From Octopus sinensis (lineage: Eukaryota): 64,000 nt of DNA. Below the pieces are notes generated by a model that made no database searches, was not told where the DNA came from, and worked only from the letters and a program-made list of their open reading frames with translations. The position numbers and the translations under genes were made by a program. The DNA lies in the NCBI RefSeq assembly GCF_006345805.1, contig NC_043001.1, forward strand, positions 107,198,001-107,262,000. Reading direction: 5' to 3'. Position 1 is the stretch's first letter; every line of letters starts with the position of its first letter. Shown piece by piece: positions 1-12,619 of the stretch.

Positions 1-1712
1 TCCTTATATCAGGTCTATTGTGCTTACATTTTATTGAAGCTTTCACTAGGACATTCCACAGTAATCCATACTGCGAGTTCTTATTTCTTTGTCCTCGAGA
101 TTATCCATACGACGTATTTCATTATATAGTGTCCTAGCTACAACATCATGACTCATCGGTAGATAATACCGAGATGACATTTTCGGACGACTGCTTATGA
201 TGTGGGTGATATCTTCGGTCTTAACTCTAGAAAGTCTGCATCGGTTGTCACATTTTACTGCTTTTCCTGCGTCTCTATCCCTTTTGTGCATCAGGTATTT
301 GGTTGATATTTTCTGTTCCTGGATTGCAAACACATACCCTTCAAAGTGGGAGGTAGTAATTCGGCTATTAGTCCATGATAGACTGCTTTGATGATCAATG
401 TTACTATCATCTCGGAGCTTTCTACTAATATATATATGCACGGTCTTCTGCTGATATACGCTCACCCTTTCATCTGATGATATATTTCGGTAGAGTCGTG
501 TGACGTCTTTGGGCATGTATTTAAGTCTATCAGATAAGGAATGTTTCTCAAAGAGCTGCTTTCTAAGTCTCATGGTTTTATCAGCCTCATATATGTAAAC
601 TTCGTCAAGGGACACACTTCGACACTTGATGGTTAAAAGATGTTGCCGAAGGGATATGATACGACATTCAAAGGCCGTCTGGACTGATGTTAAACCTCTG
701 CCACTTTGTTTTCATTTCAGGTAAAGACGCTACTGTTGATGTGGAAGTTACGTGTGCTGGTTAGAAAATTCCGGGTTTTCACACCAGTGACTCGGATCTC
801 ATCAAGCGTCCAATCAAGCAGCCCAACTGTTGGTATGAGTACTGGCACTGCAAAGAAATTTTGTTGAATGCAGAGAGTTTCGAGGTCTAAATTTTCTTTA
901 TTCTACTGTAATATTCTTTAGTGTTACGTTGCAGGTTCCATTGTAAGACATGTTTTCATCCACCCCTAGACGCCTGTAACATTCATCATCAAATATAGGG
1001 GATGTTGCTAGGGTGGTTTACAGTTTTTCCCTTTTCATAATCATATAGCAACAATTTTCCTGACCAAATTCCAACCCTACATTCTTTGAGAATGTTTTAA
1101 CCAGGTCAGAGCTCTTTTTCATCTCGTGCATATTCTTTGCATAAAGATTCAAGCCAACCACACAAAACAAGTATGCTATTTTGGTATTTCTGTTTCCTTG
1201 GGAACCAGTGAGATATCCTTCAGACTTCCATAACATGAACGACAATGGATTTACAGAAAGTATAAACAACATCACAGAGCGGTTGTCTCCTTGGAATAAA
1301 CCTCTGCGAAACTCTACTCTGCCAGTGATAATACAATCACATTTTGCATTTAACTTCAAGATGGTGGCCCACGATGAAGTCAGGTCACCTATGACATTGA
1401 CCATGTTCACTGGAACTTTAGAAAATTGAAAGGCTTCTAGCATCCGTGAGTGAGGAACAGAATCAAAGGCTTTCTTGTAGTCTAGCCACATTGAAACTAG
1501 ATTCCTCCTATGCTCTCGCACGTCCGGCATTACAGTTTTGCTTAACAGTTGCTCGGCACATTCCTAGAATCCGTTCATCCCAGCCGCTTGTTCTCCTGTG
1601 ATGATGTTATTACTTTCACAACGGTGTTGGAGGAAGAGGTTTAAGCATGCTGTTTATATTGTATACGTTAAGCTCTGGCATGCTATCGGCCGGTAGTGTA
1701 TTTGCCTTCAAC
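1..1712 (-). mobile_element. Decayed R4/Dong/NeSL-type (RLE) non-LTR retrotransposon: RT to CCHC region
   Basis: ORF 1018-1530 has WLDYKKAFDSVPH and GLFQGD with the YMDD box decayed. Upstream reads YRPIAC..EQAAG. ORF 46-615 has FEGYVFAIQEQ and a CRL..EDITHIISS knuckle followed by HDVVA. Confidence 0.85.
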
Positions 1713-2171
1713 ATAAAGAGACGAATTCAAAACAAATAGACCAGTATACAGGAACTGGTTGTTAAGATATGTGTGAATGTATGTATGTACATATATATAT
1801 ATATATATATATGGAGAGAGAGAGAGAGAGAGGGAGAGAGAGAGGGAGAGAGAGAGAGGTGTGGAAGGAGAGAATAATGGAAGTAAATAAATGAAACCAC
1901 TTGGGCTAGATATACAAGCAAATATACACGCAAATAGAGAGAAACAAAGACTGAAAATATCCAGATGAGCATTTCATGAATATTCATGAATATTCATGAA
2001 TAAATTTATAGATGTTTATATATTAACAGAGTACAAAACGCAGAAAATTAAGGGATGAAGGTGGGGTGTTACTGCTCCGACAGCTGTTTCTGGGGATTCG
2101 GAATTACTTAATTATGTTGGCAGACGTAGTTCTTAAAAAGTCAAGGATATGCAACCAGTAGTGGAAGCAAA

Positions 2172-3055
2172 CGTGGTCTGATCATTAAGTATCTGGTCTG
2201 TTGCCATAGTAACGAAGCTAAAGTACAGAAAGTGAAGCCGCTTCGCACGGTTTGACCTTGAACTATATTGTGAATGCGCTTTAGGTTTTAACGATCTAGC
2301 TCACTTCCGCTGTGTACAGCAGTGCTTGGAAGGAAGGTGTGTAGCGTATGATTGCCGCATTGACCATGAGAGAGAAAGTTGAGTAGAGAATCTGCATGAA
2401 ATTTTGCTAAAAGCATGGTGATACCCGCTCAGAGGCCTACGCAAAGTTTTCAAAACGTTTTCATCGATTTTAGACACAATGAAGGAGATCTTGTACAACT
2501 GAAACCCGAGTGTCTTTTTGGTCAGCTGAAAGCAGTTTTGGCACAAACTTAGCAGACACGTGTCTCGTACCAAAATCTTCAGCGATAATGGACTAAACTG
2601 AACTGTAACTAATCTGCCCATCCTCTGATAACTCATGGATGGTGATTCTACGATTTCCTCTCACAGCTGCACGCACATCTGCGATGCTTTTCTCAGTTCT
2701 GCTTGTTGCAGGTCTCCCAGAAAGTTCGTCAATATCGACATTTTTTCGGCCATCTTGGAAACATTTAAGACACTCGTACATTTGTGCACGGCTCATATAC
2801 CTCTCTCCATACACTTTCTGCAACTTTGCGTAGGCCTCTGGGCAGGTATCGCCACGACAAACTCAATGCGAATGATCACACGTTACACACGTTACTTCGA
2901 AGAACTGCTGTAAACAGCGCAAGTGAGCTAAAACGTTAAAACTTAGTGCGCATGTACAGCAGAGTTCATGGTCAAACTGTGCGAAACAGCTTCACTCTGC
3001 GTGCTTTAGTTTCGTTATTACGGCAATAGTATGGCAACTTATTGATCAGACCGCG
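2172..3055. mobile_element. Non-autonomous mariner derivative made of two inverted 5' ends
   Basis: CGTGGTCTGATCA at 2172 mirrors TGATCAGACCGCG+TA at 3043-3057. The minus-strand HTH reads YGERYMSRAQMYE..F.DGR..SGRP, then VSAKFVPKLL. The arms align by eye for ~270 bp. Confidence 0.8.
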
Positions 3056-3225
3056 TATAAACATTAAGTAGACCTGGCCCACGTCTTCAGGTTGAGATAG
3101 CAGCCCTTTAGTACGGATGAGTGTGTTTGCTAGGGTATGTGTACGTTTGACTGTGGCTGCGAATCTACCATGTGTGAGCGTGCACAAGATATGTACATCA
3201 ACAGCGTATGTATCAGTTGCATGAC

Positions 3226-3260
<35 letters not shown>

Positions 3261-3624
3261 ACTGTGCGTGCACGTGCAAATACGTATGCATTAGTTTATT
3301 TACATTGAGTTACCATAAAACATTTTTCTTAGAATATTGTATTGTTAACAATCTGTTATTGTACACGTTTGAAAAGAAAATACTGTAATTGCATTGAAGC
3401 TGTTGGTTTCTTAAATATTTATAGTAGAACACTAAAAGAAGGTGCGCATACGCATTCACACATACACACACGTATCCTTACAGCTAATACACTTACCTAG
3501 GAATGAAGGTGGAAAAGATAGTGTTGTGAAGGAGATCAAAGCAACTGAGCCTGAATCCAGATATTAATATTTGTGAAATTTTGAAACTGATGTAACTAAG
3601 AACAATGATATGACAGAACCCCCC

Positions 3625-4090
3625 CCCCCCAAAAAAAAAACGAGGAAAGAGTACCTGCGGCGAGTGAGAAAAATATTGGTTTCAAAGTTGATTGCCAGAT
3701 ACTTCGGCAATAAACTTGCGCGCAGTCGCGGTTGTTCGGTGTGGGGCTGGAATCCTGAAGTAGAGAGAGGAGGAACTAAAGAAATGAACAGGAAGACAAG
3801 AAAGCTTCTAACGATGCCTGGAGCCCATCATCCACGTGCAGACACTGATCACCTATACACGAAGGGAGCAAATGAAGGAAGGGGGCTGATAGGTATGGAA
3901 GACTTGGGAACTTGCAGAAATATTTATTCGAAAGTGAGGCAACCCTGATAGTGTCAGTTATGGATGAAAGCAAGAGAACAGAAAGGAGCAAGACAAGAAA
4001 TGCGAGAGGGATGTAAAGAGGCAGTATGCGATATGGGATTACGCAATGAATTCCACGTAGCAACAACTGAAATTGCTGGAAAACGTAGGT
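3625..4090 (+). mobile_element. R4/Dong-type LINE fragment (post-RT thumb region)
   Basis: KEYLRRVRKIL..RKTRKLLTM.GAHHPRADTDHLY..GRGLIGME, the same motif as in the Dong copies at 46-51 kb. Confidence 0.75.
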
Positions 4091-4093
4091 GGT

Positions 4094-4337
4094 GGCGGCG
4101 CGATGGCAGAAACGTTAGCACGCCGGCGAAATGCGTAGCCGTATTTCGTCTGCCGTTACGTTCTGAGTTCAAATTCCGCCGAGGTCGACTTTGCCTTTCA
4201 TCCTTTCGGGGTCGATAAATTAGGTACCAATTACGCACTGGGGTCGATATAATCGACTTAATCCGTTTGTCTGTCCTTGTTTGTCCTGTCTGTGTTTATC
4301 CCCTTGTGGGTAGTAAAGAAATAGGTATTTTGTCTGC
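4094..4337 (+). mobile_element. tRNA-derived SINE family S1, with a partial second unit
   Basis: A-box-like TGGCAGAAACGTTAG, B-box GAGTTCAAATTCC, and a body shared with more than 15 copies in the window. Confidence 0.85.
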
Positions 4338-4679
4338 CGTTACGTTCTGAGTTCAAAGGAATAAGATCGAAGCTATCAGCACCTGGGCAATTTCACTCCT
4401 TAGATATGGAGCAGGGGTAATCACATGGTCAGTAGACGAATTAAACAGCTTGGATAGAAAGACAAGGAAATTGCTAACTAGATATAGGTCACTCCACCCA
4501 AAATGTGACACAGACAGACTGTATGTACCAAGAAAAAGAGGGTAAAGAGGACTTATTGGATGCGAACACAGCATTAGAGCAGAAGAAAACAACATAGCAT
4601 GGTATGTAAAAACTGCCACCGAACCACTATTTTTAGAAGTAGGACGGTCAGGCTTGTGTAGGATGAAAGATTGCAAAGT

Positions 4680-4680
<1 letters not shown>
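4337..4680 (+). mobile_element. R4/Dong-type LINE fragment
   Basis: Manual translation: RNKIEAISTWAISLLRYGAGVITW..LDRKTRKLLT..LHPKCDTDRLYVPRK.G*RGLI. Confidence 0.8.
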
Positions 4681-4736
<56 letters not shown>

Positions 4737-4741
4737 ATATA

Positions 4742-5218
4742 CCGTAAATACTCGAGTATAGGCCGCCCTTGAGTATAATACGCAGGGGACTTTTAGGAGG
4801 CTGTACCTCTGAAAAACCTAAACTTTGTGTATAATACGCACCCCTTCTCTAACTTGAGTGAAGGAGGTCTATATAAGTCCTTGGTTTGTAAAAATGTATA
4901 CGGTAACGTCCTTTATTATTATTGTATATATAACATAATGCAAACGTGTAGCTTTTTGAGCATTTTCTTTGCATAAAATAAAGAAATAACAGTAATAACA
5001 TTTAATAAATGTTGCTTATTGCAAGTTATGGATGACTTAAGGTATTTTCGCGCCCGACATCACAAAATACGTCTGAATAAACATTCCCGGACAGCAAATA
5101 GAGACTGGAACATTGCTTAGAAAATATTTTTCATTTTTAACCTCATATATAGTAAACACTAGGGATTTTGCGCTTTAAATTCTAAGAAAAAATACGGATT
5201 ATACTCGAGGATTTACGG
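4742..5218. mobile_element. MITE with Tc1/mariner-superfamily (Tc2-like) TIRs in a (TA)n tract
   Basis: TIR CCGTAAATACTCGAGTATA / TATACTCGAGGATTTACGG (18/19 match), TA on both sides, non-coding interior. Confidence 0.8.
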
Positions 5219-6106
5219 TATATATATATATATAAAATAATATGTTACAATTACTCAATAGTCAAGATAAAACTCTGAGTTTCAGATGCCGAAGTGGAAA
5301 TCCACAAAACCATCTCTTCGGTTATCTGGCCATCTGAAAAAACGCTATGAAAAATACCGTTATATAAAGGGAAATTACTGTGTTATAATTCTGATACTTA
5401 TATAAAATAAGATTAAAATTTCATAGTAAACATGTCTAGTCATACGCTCACATGTGCGCTCGCGGACCCACGTGCGTACTTATGCGTCACTATGAAAACG
5501 TACACATCTTCACTCGCATTTTTCGCCAAATATATACGTATATATATACAAACTCATACACGCAACATGCATACCGTAAAAGTTCATACATACGTCTATA
5601 TACGCACAAGCACAAGAAAAACCATGGTTAAAGGTAACAGAAAAAAACATAAGGAAGTATACAAAGCATAAAAACCACGTTCATATACGGACATGCCCTT
5701 ATGCACTCATACACACACGTCCATATATGTACATACCCGCACATGTTTATATACGCATACACACACACACATATACGAAAAATGAATATACATATGCCCC
5801 CCCACCCACCAAAAAAACCTTAAAAAATGGAAAAGTACTAAGTAAAAACGTCTATATATATATGCATTCTTATGCTCGCACACACGCACACATCTAAAAC
5901 TGCCCAATCAGACATATTCATAGACGTGTACAAATGAATCTATATACACGTCTATATAGGCACAGGAAAAAATGCAGGATAGAAAAGTACAGAAAAAATT
6001 ATTGTGTGAAAATATAAAAATATATGAAATAATAAAAGGTATAATGAGATAAAAACTTTTGGGGACATAATATAGAAAGCAAGTTCTATCTGTTTTCTTT
6101 AGGGGA

Positions 6107-7300
6107 CTAAAAACGTAATAAAAATTTTGTCACATGTGGGCATGATCCGAAAAGTTCTGTCCTTGAGTTTAGACATATAGTAGGGTCTAAACTGCTTTTC
6201 CTGATAAGCCATCTCTCCATGTCGCACAGACCGCACTTTCCGCTGCCGTTGGTGTAGGGCTTACATTTTGCCAAAATCTTCCAATGGATGTTATAATCGA
6301 CACCTTTATCTTTTAAAGACCAAATATGATTAGATAATTTTGTCGCTTTTCTTTTGTTCCAGTGCCTAAACTCAAGGTGTGGTTATTGAACCTGGCCTTG
6401 AAATTACCCTCTGTCAGGCCCACGTATTTCTTCGTCGAAACGGTGTCTTTAGTGGTTATAGAGTCCACGGTAGCTTCATAGATGATGGTCTCGGACATGC
6501 AAGCTCTATTTAGCGGGCACAATTTTTTATTCCTGCATGAACAGCTGTTTTCTTGTTGTGGTTTTTGTGTGTTATGTGTGATCATATTTTTAAAATTGGT
6601 AGTTGAACTAAAACTAATTTTTAAATTGTGTTTATTGAAGAGTTTCCTATAAGTATGGTTAACTGGAAAATGTCTATCTATCAGTGTTAAGAAATATTTA
6701 CCTATATTGAAGGTCACCTCAGGTGAGTAAGGGGGTGTAAACCAGATGATCTTCCTATTTCTATTTTTCCTCTTCTTTACTGTTAGGCTAGTAACAGGTG
6801 TATATTTTATTTTTTCGCTAAAACCACTATCTTTTAAAGCCTTATTATAAACTGGGGCAACGCTATTAAAAATGTCCTTATCGGAGGAGAGGCTAGAAAT
6901 TCTCTTATTAATATTTTGAACTAAATTTTTGAATACTATAGGGGGATGGCATGAACCTACATTAATATAACTAAGTCTATCATTGGGCTTCCTATAATGC
7001 TTATAAATATTCTTATTTAGATCTAAGGAAACGTCTAGGAAATTGACAACCGTCAGGTTAGTATCTATAGTTATACTAAGTCCGAAGTATTTCATTAATT
7101 GGATAATATCCTTCCTAAAACGATCCTGTGCTGGTCCATTTGTATTAGCGGTTAAAGCGAGGGCATCATCTTTGTAGATGGCGAAATATACGTCAGGAAA
7201 TGTCTTACCTAAAGTATCTAAGAGAAAAAATCCAATAATATCGCAAATGCCTGCTGCATCATATGACCCCATGCTCACATCGAAAGCACCCTCTGTTTAC
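6107..7300 (-). mobile_element. Penelope-like element (RT, Cys-rich linker, C-terminal GIY-YIG), 5'-truncated with one frameshift
   Basis: MGSYD, YKDD and FLDV RT motifs; HPP..KRIS thumb; CSCRNKKLCPLNRAC linker; IIYEATV..YVGLTEGNFKARFNNH. After a frameshift near 6360 it continues LKDKGVDYNIHWKIL..KCGLC..LNSRTELFGSCPH to a stop at 6107. Confidence 0.9.
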
Positions 7301-7345
7301 ATAATATTGAGGTCTCTTTCTTTCTTTTGTTATCTTACCGTTTTA

Positions 7346-7423
<78 letters not shown>

Positions 7424-7430
<7 letters not shown>

Positions 7431-8052
7431 TAATCCAAACAAGAAAGCACAAAAAAAAACAACAACGCAAGGACGTGGAACATATATAGTATTATTAGAC
7501 ACTCAGGAAAGAAGGAGGGTTTAACGTTTCGAGCGGAGCTCTTCGTCGGAAACATAGGAGAAGGAAAGATCCAGAGACGGGAAGACAGAGGAAAAAGATC
7601 GCCAACGGTACACACGAGGTCAGTGAATGTCTGTGTAGGTATAAGTGGTGGCGACACAAGTGGGAAAATGGAAGTAGAAGAAGAAAGGTAAAAAAGGACG
7701 AGGAAAAAGTGAAAGAGTCACGGACAAATTTTTTTGATTTCCAATCACGATTTCAGTGGCGTACTACGGAAGAATGGTAACAGTAATCCGTAGGCGTAAA
7801 AATCAAGGAATTGGTATCCAAGGCACTCAGAGAGCCGGGGTCCGTGTGAGCGTGCGGTATGTAAAGTTAATCCAAACAAGAAGGCACAAAAAAATACAAC
7901 AATGCGAGGACGTGGAACAAATATAGTATTATTGGACGCTCAGGAAAGAAGGAAAGAAGGAGAGTTTAACGTTTCGAGGGGAGCTTTTCGTCGGAAACAT
8001 AGGAGAAGGAAAGGTCCAGAGAAGGGAAGGCAGAGGAAAAAAATCGCCAACG
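7424..8052 (-). mobile_element. Two tandem ~200 bp Penelope pseudo-LTR-like units (7424-7621, 7862-8052) separated by a decayed endonuclease-like remnant
   Basis: The units match each other and 11471-11676, and each contains a hammerhead-like motif. The spacer translates weakly like a PLE endonuclease C-terminus. Confidence 0.6.
7519..7553 (-). ncRNA. Minimal type I hammerhead ribozyme-like motif
   Basis: Minus strand GUUU-CCGACGA-A-GAGC-UCC-GCUC-GAA-ACGU-U-AAAC gives helix I GUUU/AAAC, helix II GAGC/GCUC and a palindromic helix III ACGU. The core has U4 changed to C. Confidence 0.55.
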
Positions 8053-8197
8053 ATATATATACAATTTAAAAATAGGATAAAATCTTCATAAGAATTTATC
8101 AAGTAGTTAGCAGGAAAACCTCATAAGACAAAAAATCCACATAAGAAAAAAATTATATATATATACATACATAATACACACACACACACACACGCAG

Positions 8198-8235
<38 letters not shown>

Positions 8236-9199
8236 ACACACACAAACATATATATACGGAGCAAATAACTCAGGAGTAAAAATAATTTTTTAAAATAATT
8301 TGCGAAGATAGCAAAAAAGCATTAAATAGCTTTACGTTTTATTTACACTTTTTTCAACGCTTTCTTCCGTTATCGGATTTATCAAAAAGTGATTTAAAGT
8401 TAGATTTCTTTGGTCTTTTTATATGTAAAAAATTTGTGGTGTTTGCCAAGCATGGGAGAAGAAAGAAAAGAAAGTTGTTTTGAGAAAGGAGTGGGGAAGA
8501 GGCATACAAAATTGGTATGGTCAGACTTCTCTGTTTTGTATTTAGTGACTTTTTTATGGTGGGGAAGGAAAAACAATTTTTGTATTTGAATTGATTTTAA
8601 CTGAAAAACCAGATGTTACTTTTGACTTTCTTTAATAAAAATTCTAATTGCATTTCCATGTCTTGTTTCTTTATGCTTTTCTATTCATTAATGTGGTGGA
8701 GGTATAGAAGTCTGTTTTTGTAATAGTGTGATAAAAGTTTTGTAGCAGTCAGGATTATTAACTGAAAACCCCAGATGTTCTTGACTTTCTTCAGTAGAAA
8801 TCATAATTGCATTTCTAGGTCTTGTTCTTTTGTATTCAATAAAGAATAGTTGTATGGATGTGATCTACTTCTTTTGATTGAATTTCTAGATGTTTTTGAA
8901 ATAGTAATTTCAAAAACCAAACCACACACCACCAAACCATGCCACGCCACACCACATCACACCACCCTGCACACACAAGCATTGACCACTTCCCAGAACC
9001 CACACCACCATCCACATGCCTACACATGCACCCCACCCACACGTCAAGGTCACCAGCCACAATCCACACGCACACGCTCTCACATACACACGAACGCGCA
9101 CCTTCGTTTTGAGATCAACACTACTTTATTATCTCCCCTTCTTCCTAGCCCACCTGTCGACTTCTAGCCACTAAAACTTCTTATATTTTCTCGTATTCC

Positions 9200-9234
9200 T
9201 TTCTGTTGAAGAGAGTAAGCTCGGAACGTAAAAT
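9200..9234 (+). ncRNA. Degenerate hammerhead-like motif of a related PLE repeat
   Basis: TTT-CTGTTGA-A-GAGA-GTAA-GCTC-GGA-ACGT-A-AAA has the same layout, but several core positions are altered. Confidence 0.3.
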
Positions 9235-9395
9235 ACTTTCTCCTCTTCTCGAGCTTTAAACAAATACACCTGTTTGTTATTTACACATCTAACTTCATCG
9301 TTTGTTTTTTGTTTGTAAATTTCAACTATATATATGCATATATACATATGCAAGCAGACATACACACACACACATACACATATAAACACACAGAC

Positions 9396-9458
<63 letters not shown>

Positions 9459-10378
9459 ATATATAGCACCAAATTAAGGAACGGCCATAATAGGCCGTTC
9501 AACCCACTAGAAATAGCAGCCAAGGCTTCAACCGCAAAACAATATTAATTCCGTAAACCAGGAGAAAATTTAAAAAAACATTTACCCTGTAATACTTTAT
9601 ACAATGCATCGTTTCGTCTATTTTTTAATGGTAAATCAACCTGATTAAATTAAATCAAGCTAATCTTCCATAGGCCAATAGATTCATCAGTAAAGTAAGC
9701 CAGACGGGACAGATATTTTCACAAGGCAGCACCATTACTGTCTCGGCTATATCTGACCTAAAATTTTCAAATCATCGTACTCGCGCCAAATTTATCGGCA
9801 GCAAGTATAAGCTGCCGATCCCATTTCGGAATTAAACAGAAAATTCATAATTAATCAATATAGGGTGGCAAAAAATTCAGCAGAAATTATTTGCTAAAGC
9901 ATTACATTAAATGCTTTAGCTCGCTCTGACACTGAGTTGAGATGATGCCTTCTAGTATCTCAAAATTTAATATACAATTATTCATAATTGTAGTATCCTA
10001 CGCTGATGAGAAAAGAAGTTGGGTAAGGTAGAATTATCTAATTCTTATGCTTTCCTAAAACTTGATTTCGAAACGTACGTCCGTAGGTGACATAAAATTG
10101 TATGATAGATTGCCGTCATTTCATTCTCTCTTACCTGTCTGTGTTTGCCTTTCAAGTGCTGTGTTTTTACTGAGATCTCCCTTTTAGTAGAAAGAATAGC
10201 TATAACCATTTGACTGCTATTTCTAAATTCGGTGTGTGGTGAGGCAATTCGTTGCTAAACCCTTAATTGCTTAGTATTACTTAAATTTTCCTCGAATGAG
10301 GCTTTTACATGCCGAAATCTACTTGGTGTAATTAATAATTATTCCAAATTAATTAATTTCAACCTTTATTGTTACTGA

Positions 10379-10420
<42 letters not shown>

Positions 10421-10519
10421 CAATTATAGCGTTGAAGGTGTTTAAAAGCCATTTAAGAAACACACAAAAACCGTTAGATTCATTTCAACATTTTAATTTA
10501 ATTTGCCAAAATATTTTTA

Positions 10520-10685
10520 TGAATATATATATATGAATATTTATATATATATATATGAATATTTATATATTATATATATGAATATACATATATGAATATT
10601 TATATATATATTATATGAATATTTATATATATATATATGAATACATATATACATATATATAATATATATATATCTATATATATAT

Positions 10686-10719
<34 letters not shown>

Positions 10720-10882
10720 ATAAATATATATACATATACATACACCCACAGACGCATATATATATATGTATATATAAATATACATATATGTATATAGTAT
10801 ATATGTATATATATATATTATACATATATATATCCATATATACATATATATGTATATCTATCTATCTATCTATCTATCTATA

Positions 10883-10941
<59 letters not shown>

Positions 10942-10947
10942 ATATAT

Positions 10948-11004
<57 letters not shown>

Positions 11005-11005
11005 C
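10520..11005. repeat. Compound (TA)n/(TATC)n microsatellite field
   Basis: Direct reading. A similar (TCTA)n field lies at 16620-16860. Confidence 0.95.
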
Positions 11006-11674
11006 CTAATCATTTTATTACTTTATAATAGCATATATGAAATTAACCTAATTTTTGTACGCCTCTAAATTCATATTAAGCTTATATAAAACAATACCGA
11101 CATCTTCACAACTTAAGTATAAACTGCTTAGATTATAATTTAATTAATATATATTGATAGTTAGCATGTCCTTTCGCCTCAGTATTTCTTTATTGAATAC
11201 CAGTAAATGCCAATGACCTATCTTCATAGATGCCATCTAACAAGTTAATATTTAAGTGTGTGATATGTATAAATATTAAACTATTTGTATGCAATTTCTT
11301 TTCCTCCCTCTATTGTGGTAAAATTTGGTATATACTCAAAAGTATTAAAAAAATTTAATCCGTTTGTTAATGCGTATCAGGGGAGGCAACTCGCCCCCGA
11401 GTTAGTGTTCATATCTTTGTTTTATTTTAGATGTATATATGAATATATGTATATGTATATATATATTCATATAAAGTTAATCCAAACAAGAAAACAAAAA
11501 AAAAACACAACAACGCGAGGACGTGGAACAAATAAAGTATTATTGGACGCCCAGGAAAGAAGGAAAGAAGGAGGATTTAACGTCTCGAGCGGAGCTCTTC
11601 GTCGGAAACATAGGAGAAGGAAAGATCCCGAGAAGGGTAGACAGAAGAAAAAAACGCCAACGGTACTCACGAGG

Positions 11675-11742
<68 letters not shown>

Positions 11743-12110
11743 TATTATATAGTGTTAGGTGTGGTGTACAGAAAATTATTATTGAGAAAAAATATCGTCG
11801 GAATTTGGGAAGAAGAAATCTTTTTATTTCTTTAATATTATTAGCGCTTTCGTTCGCTTCTCGATCTTGTCAAATTAAATTTTGTGAATGTACAAACAGC
11901 TTGTTCATTTATATAAAGGAGATGTTTTTTTTGGGGTGTTTTTTTAGAAGGGAACATTGTGTTTGTTTTGGGGTGATGTTCCATGATAATGGAGATGGAT
12001 AGGTAGAAATATAGGTAGGTAGATAGGCTGATAGATAGATAGGTAGATAGATAGATACACAGTCAGACAGATAATGAAGAAATAAAAAGACTTTTTCTAA
12101 AATTTTCAAT
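11005..12110. repeat. Locally duplicated block A+B, copy 1 (other copies: A+B 16865-17690, A 17790-18130)
   Basis: CCTAATCATTTTATT..CCGACATCTTCAC..CAGGGGAGGCAAC (A) and AGTGTTAGGTGTGGTGTACAG..GGAGATGGATAGG (B) recur with only scattered substitutions. Confidence 0.9.
11471..11676 (-). mobile_element. Third hammerhead-bearing PLE-type unit, inserted between A and B
   Basis: Matches 7424-7621 and is absent at the equivalent point of copy 2 (~17280-17320). Its GAAAC core is changed to GAGAC. Confidence 0.75.
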
Positions 12111-12293
12111 AACATACATACATACATACAGTCAAAGAATATTAGAATATCTACATATCTGTATCTTTGTTTACATATCTGTACGAGTAAAGCCTATCAG
12201 GGGAGGCAACTCGTTCCTGCGTTGTGTTCATATCTTTGTATATATTTTTGATGTATATATGAATATATTCATATATATTTATACATATATATG

Positions 12294-12389
<96 letters not shown>

Positions 12390-12508
12390 AGATGGATAGG
12401 TAGAAATATAGGTAGGTAGATAGGCTGATAGATAGATAGGTAGATAGATAGATAGATACATAGTCAGACAGATATATATATATATATATAACTATATATA
12501 TATATATA

Positions 12509-12617
<109 letters not shown>

Positions 12618-12619
12618 AT

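Noticed and set aside
8598-8840. Diverged ~80 bp direct repeat (8598 and 8759), and a similar one at 63688-63840
   Set aside because: Old AT-rich local duplications with no recognisable function.
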